A stretch of 64,000 nucleotides of DNA, taken from assembly GCA_046299555.1 (NCBI GenBank), contig JBKBHS010000001.1:1056009-1120008 (forward strand), written 5' to 3'. The stretch's first letter is position 1. Each line of letters opens with the position of its first letter. Of this stretch, positions 9,066 to 19,401 are shown one piece after another. The notes below the pieces were generated by a model. That model did no database searches, was not told the DNA's origin, and saw only the letters and a program-made list of their open reading frames with translations. A program made the translations under genes and the position numbers. Source of the DNA: Bacteroidia bacterium. Its GTDB lineage: Bacteria > Bacteroidota > Bacteroidia > JACCXN01.

Positions 9066-11351
9066 TTAATGCATTAAGGTTATATGTCCGCTTTTAATGT
9101 CTTTAGTACCATTCATCCATTCTACATCCAATAAATAAAAATATACGCCATCGGTAACGCTTTCATTTTTATAGGTTCCATCCCAATTACCTTCTAATCC
9201 TTGCCATTGGTAAATTTCTTCCCCCCAGCGATTGTAAATTCTACAAACAATATCTTTTACTCTAACTCCTTTAATCTCAAAAACATCATTTACATTATCT
9301 CCATTAGGTGTAAATACATTGGGAATAAAAATCATTAAATAATCATGTACTTTAATAAATTCATAAATAGCTGTGTCTCTACATCCATAATTGTTTAAAG
9401 CAATGAGTGTTACGGTATATTCACCCGGTAAATTATAAATGGTTGATGGGTTTGTATCGGTAGAGGTATTATTGTTTCCGAAATCCCAATAATAATTATC
9501 GGCACTAATGCTATTATTAACAAAATTTACTTGAAGTGGAATTTGACCACTTGCCGGATTGGGCGTAAACGAAGCATCTATATTATTTACGTATATGGAA
9601 TAATAGGCAGTATCGCTACCACAGCTATTGCTTGCAATTAAATAATAATTTCCGGCAGCATTTACAGTATATGTATTTGAAATATTGATGCTTCCATTCC
9701 AAGTAAATGTGCCGTTCCCGATTGCAGTTAAAGTGGTTGATTCGCCCGGACATAAAGTATCTCGACCTATGTTTATTATATTAGCATTTGGAACAGAATC
9801 TTGAGTTATGGTAATACTTGCAGTATCTAAGCCACAATTATTAGAACCTATTACAGTGTAAGTTCCCGCTGTATTTATTGTAATACTATTAGAATTATTT
9901 CCAGTGTTCCAAGTATATGAATTAGCTCCGCTTGCGGTCAGGGTAGCTGTTTGATTGCCACAAATACTAGTTTGAGAAGCATTTATACTAACATTAGGTA
10001 ATGGATTTACTGTTATAGTTACAGGAGATGAAGTAGCACTACCACAATTATTAGAGGCAGTAACAGAATAATTACCTGCCGTACTTACATAAATTGATGT
10101 ACTTGTACTTCCATTTGACCATACATAACTATTCCCTCCTGACGCAGTTAGTAAAACCGAATCACCTTGGCATATAGTTGTATTACCCGTTATACTTATA
10201 TTTGCCGAAGGTAGAGAATCAATTATAATTTGTTGGCTAAGTGTATCAGAGTTACATGCATCACTAATGATAACCGTATATAACCCTGATGTTAAAACAT
10301 TGATAGATGCTGTTTGAGCACCCGTATTCCACGTATATGAAGTCCCACCACTTGCAGTTATGGTAGCAGTTTGGCCTTGACAAATAGTATCATTAGGAGT
10401 TACTGAAATAGTTGCATTAAGCGAATTTTGAATAGTTATTTGAAGTGTATCTTTTATACTATCGTTGCAGGTGTAGGCAGTAAAATATAAATTAAATGTT
10501 CCAACATCATTTTGTCCTATAACATATTGTACTGTATCATTATTATTTTGTAAAAATGTGCCATCTCCGCCACTCCATAAATAGGAACTTGCATTACCTC
10601 CGGTTAAGGTGCCAACCAATGTTAGAGTATCACCAACACAATAGGGTGCTGCTGTTGTATTAATTGTGTTTGCATTTAAAGGAACTACAGGAGCTTGACA
10701 ACCAAAGTTAACATACGTTGCATTCCCTGCCCAATCAAATATCACAGTAGAACCATCAGCATTGGTAGCACTTGGAATTCCTGATTGATTTACTAAAAGA
10801 GCTCTATCGTATGTAACTGCATCTGTACAACCTGCTCCAAAACTCATAGAAAGTGTTCTTAATCCGGTTCCGAAATTGGCAAAGTGCCCCGAAAAATTTC
10901 CCGGACATTGAAAAATTATATACATGGTATCTGCCAGGTTAGCAAATGAATTACCAACGGTACAGAAATCGGTTGATGTTATAAAAATAACATCAGCACC
11001 GGCTGGTAATATTCCCCCGGTAGGCTCAATTAAAAAACCACAACCTTGTATGGTACTGTTTAATGCAGCTGTATGTGCAGCTGTGGTAGCATTTTGGCAG
11101 ATTCCTTGCCAACTATTATTTGGCCAATTAACAGTTAAATTTGAAAGATTTAAAGGATTAGGACCTACTTTGAAACGAACCATTTCATTTTTTCCTTCAC
11201 AACTACAGGTAGGCGAATTTGCATTGGTACAACTACCTCCAGTAATACAGGCATCTACCAATATGCTTTCAATTTCAAAGCAAGTAGTTGGAATTTGTGC
11301 AAATAAGGCAAACTGAGTGCAAATGAATATCAGCGATAAAAATTTTTTCAT
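9066..11351 (-). CDS. Large surface adhesin with tandem SprB-like Ig repeats and gliding-motility/T9SS type-B C-terminal domain (CHU_C)
   Basis: Signal peptide. Five tandem ~72-aa repeats each carrying the C.G....L.ASGG.SY.W..G.....V..AG.Y.V...N.CG motif, then a PKD-like domain. The C-terminus FIPNVFTPNGDNVNDVFEI...NRWGEEIY...GVYFY matches the type-B sorting domain. Confidence 0.75.
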   Translation of the reverse strand: MKKFLSLIFICTQFALFAQIPTTCFEIESILVDACITGGSCTNANSPTCSCEGKNEMVRFKVGPNPLNLSNLTVNWPNNSWQGICQNATTAAHTAALNSTIQGCGFLIEPTGGILPAGADVIFITSTDFCTVGNSFANLADTMYIIFQCPGNFSGHFANFGTGLRTLSMSFGAGCTDAVTYDRALLVNQSGIPSATNADGSTVIFDWAGNATYVNFGCQAPVVPLNANTINTTAAPYCVGDTLTLVGTLTGGNASSYLWSGGDGTFLQNNNDTVQYVIGQNDVGTFNLYFTAYTCNDSIKDTLQITIQNSLNATISVTPNDTICQGQTATITASGGTSYTWNTGAQTASINVLTSGLYTVIISDACNSDTLSQQIIIDSLPSANISITGNTTICQGDSVLLTASGGNSYVWSNGSTSTSIYVSTAGNYSVTASNNCGSATSSPVTITVNPLPNVSINASQTSICGNQTATLTASGANSYTWNTGNNSNSITINTAGTYTVIGSNNCGLDTASITITQDSVPNANIINIGRDTLCPGESTTLTAIGNGTFTWNGSINISNTYTVNAAGNYYLIASNSCGSDTAYYSIYVNNIDASFTPNPASGQIPLQVNFVNNSISADNYYWDFGNNNTSTDTNPSTIYNLPGEYTVTLIALNNYGCRDTAIYEFIKVHDYLMIFIPNVFTPNGDNVNDVFEIKGVRVKDIVCRIYNRWGEEIYQWQGLEGNWDGTYKNESVTDGVYFYLLDVEWMNGTKDIKSGHITLMH

Positions 11352-11515
11352 AGAAAGTTATTTTAAAACTAAATTAGAAATTCAAAATTTCTTAATTGCT
11401 TCATTTTTATTATATTTTTGTGAAGTGTAGGTAAATTTCGCCCAAGCTAAGTTTTTAAAAGATGAATAAATTAAAACTACCTATTTGTTTTGTTAGGGCA
11501 ATTGTTTTAGATAGC

Positions 11516-11523
11516 TATCTTTG
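11516..11523 (+). promoter_or_regulatory. Bacteroidota-type sigma-A -7 box (TATCTTTG) upstream of guaA
   Basis: Matches the TAnnTTTG consensus 19 bp upstream of the guaA ATG. Upstream TTG candidates at 11490-11492 and 11502-11504 could serve as the -33 element. Confidence 0.3.
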
Positions 11524-11541
11524 TGTTTTAATTCCTCAAAA

Positions 11542-13062
11542 ATGATTTTAATTATTGATTTTGGTTCACAATACACGCAGTTAATTGCTCGTAGAGTTAG
11601 AGAACTTAATGTTTATTGCGAGATACATCCCTATAACCATATTCCTGAAATTCATTCCGGAATTAAAGGGGTAATTTTATCCGGTAGCCCGTATTCTGTT
11701 AGAAATCCGGATGCTCCAAGGCCTGATTTAAATTTATTTCGAAATAAATTGCCATTATTAGGTATTTGTTACGGTGCACAATTAATTGCAGATATTAGTG
11801 GTGGAGAAGTGATGCGTTCTGAAACGCGAGAATATGGCCGTGCTCACTTAGATTTTGTAAACGACAAGCATGCTCTATTTAAAGGTGTAAGTCAAAATTC
11901 ACAGGTGTGGATGAGTCATGGAGATACAATTAAAGTAATTCCTGACAATTTTGAAATTATTGCCAGTACACATGATGTAAAAGTGGCTGCTTATCATATA
12001 AAAGATGAAAATACTTATGGAATTCAATTTCACCCTGAAGTATATCATTCTACCGAAGGAACAAAAATTTTGAAAAACTTTGTAGTTGATATATGTGGTT
12101 GCAAACAAGACTGGACTCCTGCATCGTTTATAGAAACAACTGTTAATGACTTAAAACAAAAAATTGGAAATGATAAAGTGGTTTTGGGATTATCAGGCGG
12201 TGTAGATTCGAGTGTTGCGGCCATGTTGTTACACAAGGCAATTGGTAAAAATTTGTATTGCATATTTGTGGATAATGGCTTATTGCGTAAAAATGAATTT
12301 GAAAATGTATTACATTCTTACCAAGATATGGGATTGAATGTAAAAGGTGTAGATGCTAAAAATCGTTTTTATAAAGAACTTGCCGGGAAAACCGATCCGG
12401 AAGAAAAAAGAAAAATAATCGGTCGCGTATTTATCGAAGTATTTGACGAAGAAGCACATCGTATTGAAGATGTTAAGTGGTTGGCGCAAGGAACCATTTA
12501 TCCGGATGTAATAGAATCGGTTTCAGTAAAAGGGCCATCAGCAACCATTAAATCACATCACAATGTGGGTGGATTACCTGATTTTATGAAATTGCAAGTA
12601 GTTGAACCTTTACGTTTGTTGTTTAAAGATGAAGTAAGAAGAGTTGGTAAAGCATTACAAATTCCTGATAATATTTTAAATCGTCATCCTTTCCCAGGGC
12701 CTGGTTTAGCAATAAGAATTTTAGGAGAGATAACTGCCGAAAAAGTTGCTCTGTTACAAGAAGTTGATTATATATTTATAGAAGGGCTTAAAAAAGCCGG
12801 CTTATACAATCAAGTATGGCAAGCAGGTGCCATATTATTACCGGTGCAATCGGTAGGTGTAATGGGTGATGAAAGAACATATGAAAATGCAGTTGCTTTA
12901 AGAGCTGTAACTTCTACTGATGGTATGACAGCAGACTGGTGTCATTTGCCTTATGAGTTTTTAGGAAAAATTTCGAATGAAATTATCAATAAAGTACGTG
13001 GTGTAAACCGTGTGGTGTATGATATTAGCTCCAAACCACCTGCAACCATAGAATGGGAATAG
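11542..13062 (+). CDS. guaA: GMP synthase (glutamine-hydrolysing)
   Basis: GATase-1 domain ([28 protein letters not shown]), PP-loop SGGVDSSV and the C-terminal dimerisation domain. ATG at 11542 is preferred over the upstream TTG at 11521 given in the ORF track. Confidence 0.9.
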   Translation: MILIIDFGSQYTQLIARRVRELNVYCEIHPYNHIPEIHSGIKGVILSGSPYSVRNPDAPRPDLNLFRNKLPLLGICYGAQLIADISGGEVMRSETREYGRAHLDFVNDKHALFKGVSQNSQVWMSHGDTIKVIPDNFEIIASTHDVKVAAYHIKDENTYGIQFHPEVYHSTEGTKILKNFVVDICGCKQDWTPASFIETTVNDLKQKIGNDKVVLGLSGGVDSSVAAMLLHKAIGKNLYCIFVDNGLLRKNEFENVLHSYQDMGLNVKGVDAKNRFYKELAGKTDPEEKRKIIGRVFIEVFDEEAHRIEDVKWLAQGTIYPDVIESVSVKGPSATIKSHHNVGGLPDFMKLQVVEPLRLLFKDEVRRVGKALQIPDNILNRHPFPGPGLAIRILGEITAEKVALLQEVDYIFIEGLKKAGLYNQVWQAGAILLPVQSVGVMGDERTYENAVALRAVTSTDGMTADWCHLPYEFLGKISNEIINKVRGVNRVVYDISSKPPATIEWE

Positions 13063-13083
13063 TTTTTGTTAGATAATTGAATT

Positions 13084-14910
13084 ATGATTAGAAATATAGT
13101 TTTGATTATTTGTTTTATCCTTTCATTTCTTGTCGTTACTGCTCAGGAAAATACACCTATTCAGGTAATCAATGGCAAAAAGTATTATATCTATAAAGTT
13201 GAATCAAAAAACACCTTGTATTCTATTTCAAAACGTTTTAATGTAGAGCAGGAAACTATCATAAATGAAAATCCGGAAATAAAAGAAGGTTTAAAACCCG
13301 GCCAGGAATTAAAAATACCTGTTGCAGTTGCTTCAAAAGAAGTTGAAAAAACTCCCTTAAATACCAAAGAAAATTTTACCATACACAAAGTAGAGCAGGG
13401 GCAAACCTTGTATGCCATATCAAAATTGTATGATGTAAAAGTTGAAGAAATTTCAGCCTTAAATCCACAAACAGAGCAAGGATTAAAACCCGGTATGGAA
13501 TTAAAAATTCCTACTAAAAAACTTGAGAAGCAAGCCATACCTGTTCAAAATTTGCAACCAACAACAAAAGAAAGTAAAAATACAGTTACCCATAAAGTTC
13601 AGAAAGGTGAAACACTTTACTCCATTTCTAAACAGTATGATGTAAGCCAGGAAGATATTCTGAAAGCCAATAATGATATGCCAAATGGATTAAGAGTGGA
13701 TGATGAAATTGTAATTCCTGTTGCAACATCGAATCTTAAGCCGCAAAAAGCTCAGCAAGACACTATCTATAACTATGTTAAGCAAAAACTAAATCATGAA
13801 ACAGCTCAGGATGATGAGGTGAAGCTAAATGATAATGAATTTGTTGTGGCCCTAATGTTGCCATTTTTTACTTATGAAAATAAGGTTTTCGAGCAAAATT
13901 TAAAACCCAATCAAAAAAATGAAGTGATTGCAAAATCATTGGTGGCGCTTCAGTTTTACAATGGTTTTTTAATGGCTGTTGATTCCATGATTCAAAAAGA
14001 TTTTAAAGTAAAAGTATATGTTTACGACACTGCCAATGATTCCTCAACAATAGAAAAAATATTTAAAAAAGAAGAATCGTATCAATTCGATTTAATTGTA
14101 GGGCCATTATATGCCAATGGCTTTAATGTTGCAGCAAAGTTTGCCAAAGAAAGAAAAATACCAATTGTATCGCCTTTTGTCCAAACAACATCAATTTTAA
14201 GAAATAATGTATATACTAACAAAGTTACTCCATCTCAATCTGTTTTAATGCAGGAAACAGCCGGTTTTATTGCAGCTAATTATGCTTCTGAAAATGTAAT
14301 AGTGCTTACACATAATAACTTAAAAGATAAATCATTGCTAAATACTTTTGTTACAACTTACAGAAATAAAACCAACAATCCTTTAAAAGAATTGAATTAT
14401 TCGGTAAACGGTATTGCAGGAATCAGTAATTTATTACACCCATCAAAGAAAAATATCATTGTTATACCATCAAACGAACAATCAGTAGTAACTGATATCA
14501 TTTCAAAAATTTATTTCTTAAATAAAGAAAATATCATACTTGTTGGAACTGAAGCCTGGCAAGCTTTTGAAAATATTGATATGGAATATATTAATAAGCT
14601 TCAATTACACTGGGCTACCTATTCTTATATAGATTTTGAATCAGATAAAGTTAAAGATTGGATAAGTAAATTTCGCTCTAAATTTGCTACTGAGCCTGAT
14701 AATTATGCATTCCAAGCAAACGATTTAGCATGGTATTATTTTACCGCATTAAATAAAAATGGAATGACCTATCCAGCCAATATTCAAAATGTTCAATGGA
14801 AGGGGATGGCTGGTGGTTTTGAATTTGAAAAAACAGAAGATGGCGGTTTCGAAAATAAAAGTGTTTCAATCTTAAAAATTCAGGATTATATTCCGGTTAA
14901 GGCCAACTAA
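13084..14910 (+). CDS. LysM-repeat protein (3 LysM domains) fused to a periplasmic-binding-protein-like domain
   Basis: Signal peptide. Three LysM repeats (H/YKV..G.TLY.ISK.Y.V..E.I...N..-GLKPG.ELKIP) are followed by a ~390-aa domain with PBP type-1 topology. Confidence 0.75.
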   Translation: MIRNIVLIICFILSFLVVTAQENTPIQVINGKKYYIYKVESKNTLYSISKRFNVEQETIINENPEIKEGLKPGQELKIPVAVASKEVEKTPLNTKENFTIHKVEQGQTLYAISKLYDVKVEEISALNPQTEQGLKPGMELKIPTKKLEKQAIPVQNLQPTTKESKNTVTHKVQKGETLYSISKQYDVSQEDILKANNDMPNGLRVDDEIVIPVATSNLKPQKAQQDTIYNYVKQKLNHETAQDDEVKLNDNEFVVALMLPFFTYENKVFEQNLKPNQKNEVIAKSLVALQFYNGFLMAVDSMIQKDFKVKVYVYDTANDSSTIEKIFKKEESYQFDLIVGPLYANGFNVAAKFAKERKIPIVSPFVQTTSILRNNVYTNKVTPSQSVLMQETAGFIAANYASENVIVLTHNNLKDKSLLNTFVTTYRNKTNNPLKELNYSVNGIAGISNLLHPSKKNIIVIPSNEQSVVTDIISKIYFLNKENIILVGTEAWQAFENIDMEYINKLQLHWATYSYIDFESDKVKDWISKFRSKFATEPDNYAFQANDLAWYYFTALNKNGMTYPANIQNVQWKGMAGGFEFEKTEDGGFENKSVSILKIQDYIPVKAN

Positions 14911-14923
14911 TACTATTACTTGT

Positions 14924-15817
14924 ATGTTTACTAAAGATAGCGCTACCGAATTTTTTATCAAACTGCAAAATGAAATTTGTTATTCTTTAGAACAAGTTGA
15001 CGGCAAAGCAAAATTTCATGAAGATATTTGGGAAAGAGAAGGAGGAGGAGGGGGAAGAACGCGCGTAATGCAAAATGGAAATGTGATTGAAAAAGGAGGA
15101 GTAAATTTTTCTGCCGTTTATGGTAAGCTTCCTGAAAATATAAAAAAAGCACTACAGGTTAATGAAGAAGATTTTTTTGCGACAGGTGTTTCTATTGTAA
15201 TGCATCCTGAAAATCCTTTTGTGCCAATTATTCACATGAATGTTCGCTATTTTGAATTGAGCGACAAAACACGTTGGTTTGGAGGAGGTATTGATTTAAC
15301 ACCGCATTATATTAATACAGAACAAGCAAAATATTTTCATCAGCAATTAAAAAACACTTGTGATAAATTTGACCCGGATTATTACCCTAAATTTAAAAAG
15401 TGGGCAGATGATTATTTCTTTATAAAACATAGAGGTGAGGCAAGAGGTATTGGAGGAATCTTTTTCGATCGATTATCGGATAATTCTACAAAAACTATTG
15501 AAGAAATTTTTGAATTTGTTAAAGCGGTAGGTGAAACATTTGTACCAACCTATTGCCATTTAATTGAATGGAATAAAAAAACTCCTTATACACAGCAGCA
15601 TAAAGACTGGCAAATGATACGTAGAGGCCGTTATGTTGAATTTAATTTAGTGTATGACAAAGGAACTAAATTTGGATTAGACACCAATGGCCGCATAGAA
15701 TCTATTTTGATGAGTTTGCCTCTTCAAGCAGGATGGCCTTATAATTTTATCCCGGAACCCCAATCAGAAGAAGAATTTACCACCAAACTACTTAAAAATC
15801 CGACTAATTGGATTTAA
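14924..15817 (+). CDS. hemF: Oxygen-dependent coproporphyrinogen-III oxidase
   Basis: HemF signature GGGGGRTRVMQNG, HPENPFVPIIHMNVRYFE and GGGIDLTP blocks. Confidence 0.85.
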   Translation: MFTKDSATEFFIKLQNEICYSLEQVDGKAKFHEDIWEREGGGGGRTRVMQNGNVIEKGGVNFSAVYGKLPENIKKALQVNEEDFFATGVSIVMHPENPFVPIIHMNVRYFELSDKTRWFGGGIDLTPHYINTEQAKYFHQQLKNTCDKFDPDYYPKFKKWADDYFFIKHRGEARGIGGIFFDRLSDNSTKTIEEIFEFVKAVGETFVPTYCHLIEWNKKTPYTQQHKDWQMIRRGRYVEFNLVYDKGTKFGLDTNGRIESILMSLPLQAGWPYNFIPEPQSEEEFTTKLLKNPTNWI

Positions 15818-15881
15818 TATCTGTTTAAAGGCAACCTATCTTAAAATTTCCGTTTATTTATTTAAAAATTAAATAAAAAAT

Positions 15882-15905
15882 GAGGGGCTGCCCCTTATTG
15901 TATTT
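15882..15905 (+). terminator. Possible rho-independent terminator after hemF
   Basis: GC-rich hairpin tgaggggc-tg-cccctta followed by a T-rich stretch. Confidence 0.35.
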
Positions 15906-15947
15906 AATAGATTTTTAATTTACATTTACTTTATAAATCTTCATATT

Positions 15948-18900
15948 ATGAGGGCATTAGTAAATAAAGTAATTATAACATTGCTTGTTAATTTTGCATT
16001 AATGTCAATATTGAATAATCGACTTAGTGCTCAAAATGGTTGTCCTAATGCCGATTTTTCTCAAAATAATTTTAATAATTGGCAAGGCTTTACTGGAAAC
16101 TACAATAATCCTGCACAAAATACAGGTATTGTTAATGGTCGTCATACCATTATGACGGGTCCCGGTACCGATCCTAACTCTTGTGGTGGATTACCATTAG
16201 TTCCTCCCGGTTCAACATTTTCTGCAAGATTAGGAAATGCAAATTATGGTGCAGAAGCAGAGCGTTTAAGATATACCTTAACTGTTGACCCTTCAAATGT
16301 ATTTTTTACATATAAATATGCGGTTGTATTTGAACAAGCAGGGCATTCACCGGCTGATCAGCCTAAATTTGATTTAAGAATTTTAAATAGCGCTAATCAA
16401 GTAATAAACCCAACTTGTGGCCAATATTCGGTTTATGAAGGTCAGCCCGGTTCTAATTATGTAAATTGTAGTTATTATCGTTATCAAAATTGGCGCACCG
16501 TTGGTTTAGATTTATCTCCTTACATGGGGCAAACAATTACCATTGAATTTACAACTTACGACTGTGCTTTAGGAGGACATTTCGGATATGCTTATGTGGC
16601 AGCTTCTTGTGGTCCATTAGAATTAGATGTGTCCTATTGCCCAGGATCAAATAGTGCAATATTAGAAGCTCCCGCAGGTTTTGCTACATATAATTGGTCG
16701 ACAGGTCAAACTGGTCAGACGATAACTATTAATAATCCAAATGTAGGTCAAAATGTAACCGTTACAATGACATCAGTTGTTAGCCCATCATGTCAAGTAA
16801 CGCTGAATACATTATTACAACCTACTACTGTAGATGCACATTTTAACTTTACAAGCGGATGTGTTTATGATACATTTAATTTTACGGATTCAACTATTGT
16901 AAATAATTCATCTGTTTCTACATGGTCTTGGAATTTTGGTGATCCGGGTTCAGGAGCAAATAATACTTCTAATTTGCAAAATCCTACACACGTATTTAGT
17001 ACAGCCGGAACTTTTAATGTAACTCTCATCGCATTGGTTCCTGCAGGCTGTGGTGATACTATTACCAGACAAGTTGTTGTGCAGCCACAACCTACTCCTG
17101 CATTTAATGCACCTGCTGTATGTTTTGGTGTGGCTGCTAATTTTACTGATCAATCTATTTCCAACACTTCTAACCCCATCAGTTCGTGGAATTGGGATTT
17201 TGGAGACGGAAACACATCAACCGCTCAAAACCCTTCAAATACATATACTTCTCCCGGTAATTATAATGTTACATTAATCGTTTCTAATGATTTAGGTTGC
17301 TTAGATACCTTGCAACAGCAAATAACTGTTTATAATGTTCCTCAAGCTGACTTTAATTTTACATCTCAATGCGATGGAACAGCAATTCCATTTACTGATG
17401 CCAGTACAACTCCGGCTCCAACAACCATTAATTCATGGCAATGGAATTTTGGAAACAATACCAGCACATCTCAAAACCCAACTAATGTTTTTCCAAGTAA
17501 TGGAACATTTAATGTACAACTTATTGTGGGGGCAAGTACCGGTTGCTACGATACAATAACCAAGCCTGTACGTGTTTACGCCAATCCATCGGCAGGTTTT
17601 TCTTATACGGATGTATGTTTGGGTAATGTGATGAGTTTAACGGATTCTTCGAGTATTGCAACCACAGATACGATAGTTTCATATTTATGGGCATTTGGCG
17701 ATGGTTCACCTACAGACAATAATCAAAATACAACACATCTTTATAATAATGCGGGAGCCTATACGGTAACGTTAATAGTAACGGGCACGGGAGGATGTTC
17801 AGATGTACAAACACATACGGTAAATGTATATGATGCCCCGCAGGCTAATTTTACAACGAGCAATGTATGTTTAAACACGGCAGCAAGTTTTACAAATACC
17901 ACTGTGAGTCCACAACATGGAGGCATGGGTAATTTTTCGTGGAATTTTGGAGATGGCTCGCCTTTGAATACAAATGACTGGAATGCTAATCATCAATATA
18001 CTACACATGGCACTTATCAGGTAACATTAATTACACAAAATTCAAATTTAGGCTGTGCTGATACCATTACATTACCAATTATAATTCATCCCATGCCTGT
18101 ACCAAACTTTACCTTTGTAAATCAATGTCAGGCAGATGCTTACACATTTACAAATACTTCAAGTATAGCGCAAGGAACGATAGCCTCCTATAATTGGAAT
18201 TTTGGGGATAATAGTACAAGCACTGCGAGTTCACCAAGTCATACCTATAGTTCATCGGGTAATTACAGTGTAACGTTAACAGCAACGAGTGATAGTGGAT
18301 GTGTAGCAAGTATAACACAACAAGTTACGGTATATCCGATGCCGAATGCAGATTTTACGGTTAATGAAGTATGCCATAATAGTCCCACAGAGTTTACAAG
18401 TACATCGAGTGTATTACCACCGGATAATATTACCACCTATCAATGGTTATTTGGAGATAATAATAGTTCAAGCCAACAAAATCCACAGCACACTTATAGC
18501 AGTGCAGGCTTATACAATGCTACCTTGATAGTAACCACGAATCACAATTGCAGCGATACGATAGTTTTACCTGTAACAGTAAATCCGAATCCGGTAGTAG
18601 ATTTTGTGGCCAATAAAATAAACGGATGCTCACCATTGTGTATAGATTTTACACAACAGGCAACAATATCATCAGGAGTTAACAGTCAATATATTTGGAA
18701 TTTTGGCGATGGAAATAATGGCAATGGAGCAGTAGTATCAAATTGTTATACCAATACAACTATCTACAATCCGATTAGCAGAGATATTACGTTAACTGTA
18801 GTATCGGATAAGGGTTGTAGCACAACGGTAACCAAGCCGAATTATATAACAGTGTATCCTTTGCCTGTAGCGGAGTTTACGCCTATACCGAAGGAGACGA

Positions 18901-19388
18901 GTATCTTAGATCCAATTATATATTTTGAAAATCAATCTTTAGGTTCGAATGCGTGGTTGTGGCATTTTGGAGAGGCGAATAATACGGGAGATACCATAAG
19001 TCAAAACCCATATCATACATACAAGGATACTGGGATTTATCAAGTTACATTAATATCCACGAATCAATGGGGATGTAAAGATACAGTAGTACATGATGTA
19101 GTAATAATAGGAGATTTTGCGTATTTTATACCGAATACCTTTACACCGAATGGGGATGGGGTAAATGATAGTTTTTATGGCAAGGGTTATGGTATAAAAG
19201 AGATCGTATTTCAGGTGTTTGACCGCTGGGGGTTGTTATTATTTGAAACAACCGATGTAAACGAAGGCTGGAAAGGTACTTATCAAGGAGAAAACTGTCA
19301 ACAAGATGTATATGTTTATCAAGTAAGGATTGTGGATATATTTGATAGAAAACATCAGTATAGAGGGCATGTTAATTTGATTCGATAA
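15948..19388 (+). CDS. Giant PKD-repeat surface protein A with gliding-motility/T9SS type-B C-terminal domain
   Basis: Signal peptide, a ~230-aa Cys-rich N-domain, nine PKD-like modules (each with a W.FGDG motif) and a C-terminus FIPNTFTPNGDGVNDSFYGKGYGIKE...DRWG...GVYVYQV matching the type-B sorting domain. Its 3' 1.85 kb is shared with the next gene. Confidence 0.8.
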   Translation: MRALVNKVIITLLVNFALMSILNNRLSAQNGCPNADFSQNNFNNWQGFTGNYNNPAQNTGIVNGRHTIMTGPGTDPNSCGGLPLVPPGSTFSARLGNANYGAEAERLRYTLTVDPSNVFFTYKYAVVFEQAGHSPADQPKFDLRILNSANQVINPTCGQYSVYEGQPGSNYVNCSYYRYQNWRTVGLDLSPYMGQTITIEFTTYDCALGGHFGYAYVAASCGPLELDVSYCPGSNSAILEAPAGFATYNWSTGQTGQTITINNPNVGQNVTVTMTSVVSPSCQVTLNTLLQPTTVDAHFNFTSGCVYDTFNFTDSTIVNNSSVSTWSWNFGDPGSGANNTSNLQNPTHVFSTAGTFNVTLIALVPAGCGDTITRQVVVQPQPTPAFNAPAVCFGVAANFTDQSISNTSNPISSWNWDFGDGNTSTAQNPSNTYTSPGNYNVTLIVSNDLGCLDTLQQQITVYNVPQADFNFTSQCDGTAIPFTDASTTPAPTTINSWQWNFGNNTSTSQNPTNVFPSNGTFNVQLIVGASTGCYDTITKPVRVYANPSAGFSYTDVCLGNVMSLTDSSSIATTDTIVSYLWAFGDGSPTDNNQNTTHLYNNAGAYTVTLIVTGTGGCSDVQTHTVNVYDAPQANFTTSNVCLNTAASFTNTTVSPQHGGMGNFSWNFGDGSPLNTNDWNANHQYTTHGTYQVTLITQNSNLGCADTITLPIIIHPMPVPNFTFVNQCQADAYTFTNTSSIAQGTIASYNWNFGDNSTSTASSPSHTYSSSGNYSVTLTATSDSGCVASITQQVTVYPMPNADFTVNEVCHNSPTEFTSTSSVLPPDNITTYQWLFGDNNSSSQQNPQHTYSSAGLYNATLIVTTNHNCSDTIVLPVTVNPNPVVDFVANKINGCSPLCIDFTQQATISSGVNSQYIWNFGDGNNGNGAVVSNCYTNTTIYNPISRDITLTVVSDKGCSTTVTKPNYITVYPLPVAEFTPIPKETSILDPIIYFENQSLGSNAWLWHFGEANNTGDTISQNPYHTYKDTGIYQVTLISTNQWGCKDTVVHDVVIIGDFAYFIPNTFTPNGDGVNDSFYGKGYGIKEIVFQVFDRWGLLLFETTDVNEGWKGTYQGENCQQDVYVYQVRIVDIFDRKHQYRGHVNLIR
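17543..19258 (+). repeat. Copy 1 of a 1716-bp segment that is 100% identical to 21678-23393
   Basis: Base-by-base comparison at a constant offset of 4135 bp was checked at several internal points. The ORF track also shows identical translations, including identical spurious antisense ORFs. Confidence 0.9.
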
Positions 19389-19401
19389 TTATACAATACC
19401 T

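Noticed and set aside
10924-11316. Track ORF 10924-11316(+) (130 aa)
   Set aside because: It is antisense to the 9066-11351 adhesin gene and reflects repetitive Gly/Thr codons. Spurious.
11521-11541. TTG start at 11521 for guaA as given in the ORF track
   Set aside because: The conserved GMP synthase N-terminus begins at [13 protein letters not shown] (ATG 11542). The -7 promoter box (11516-11523) overlaps the TTG extension.
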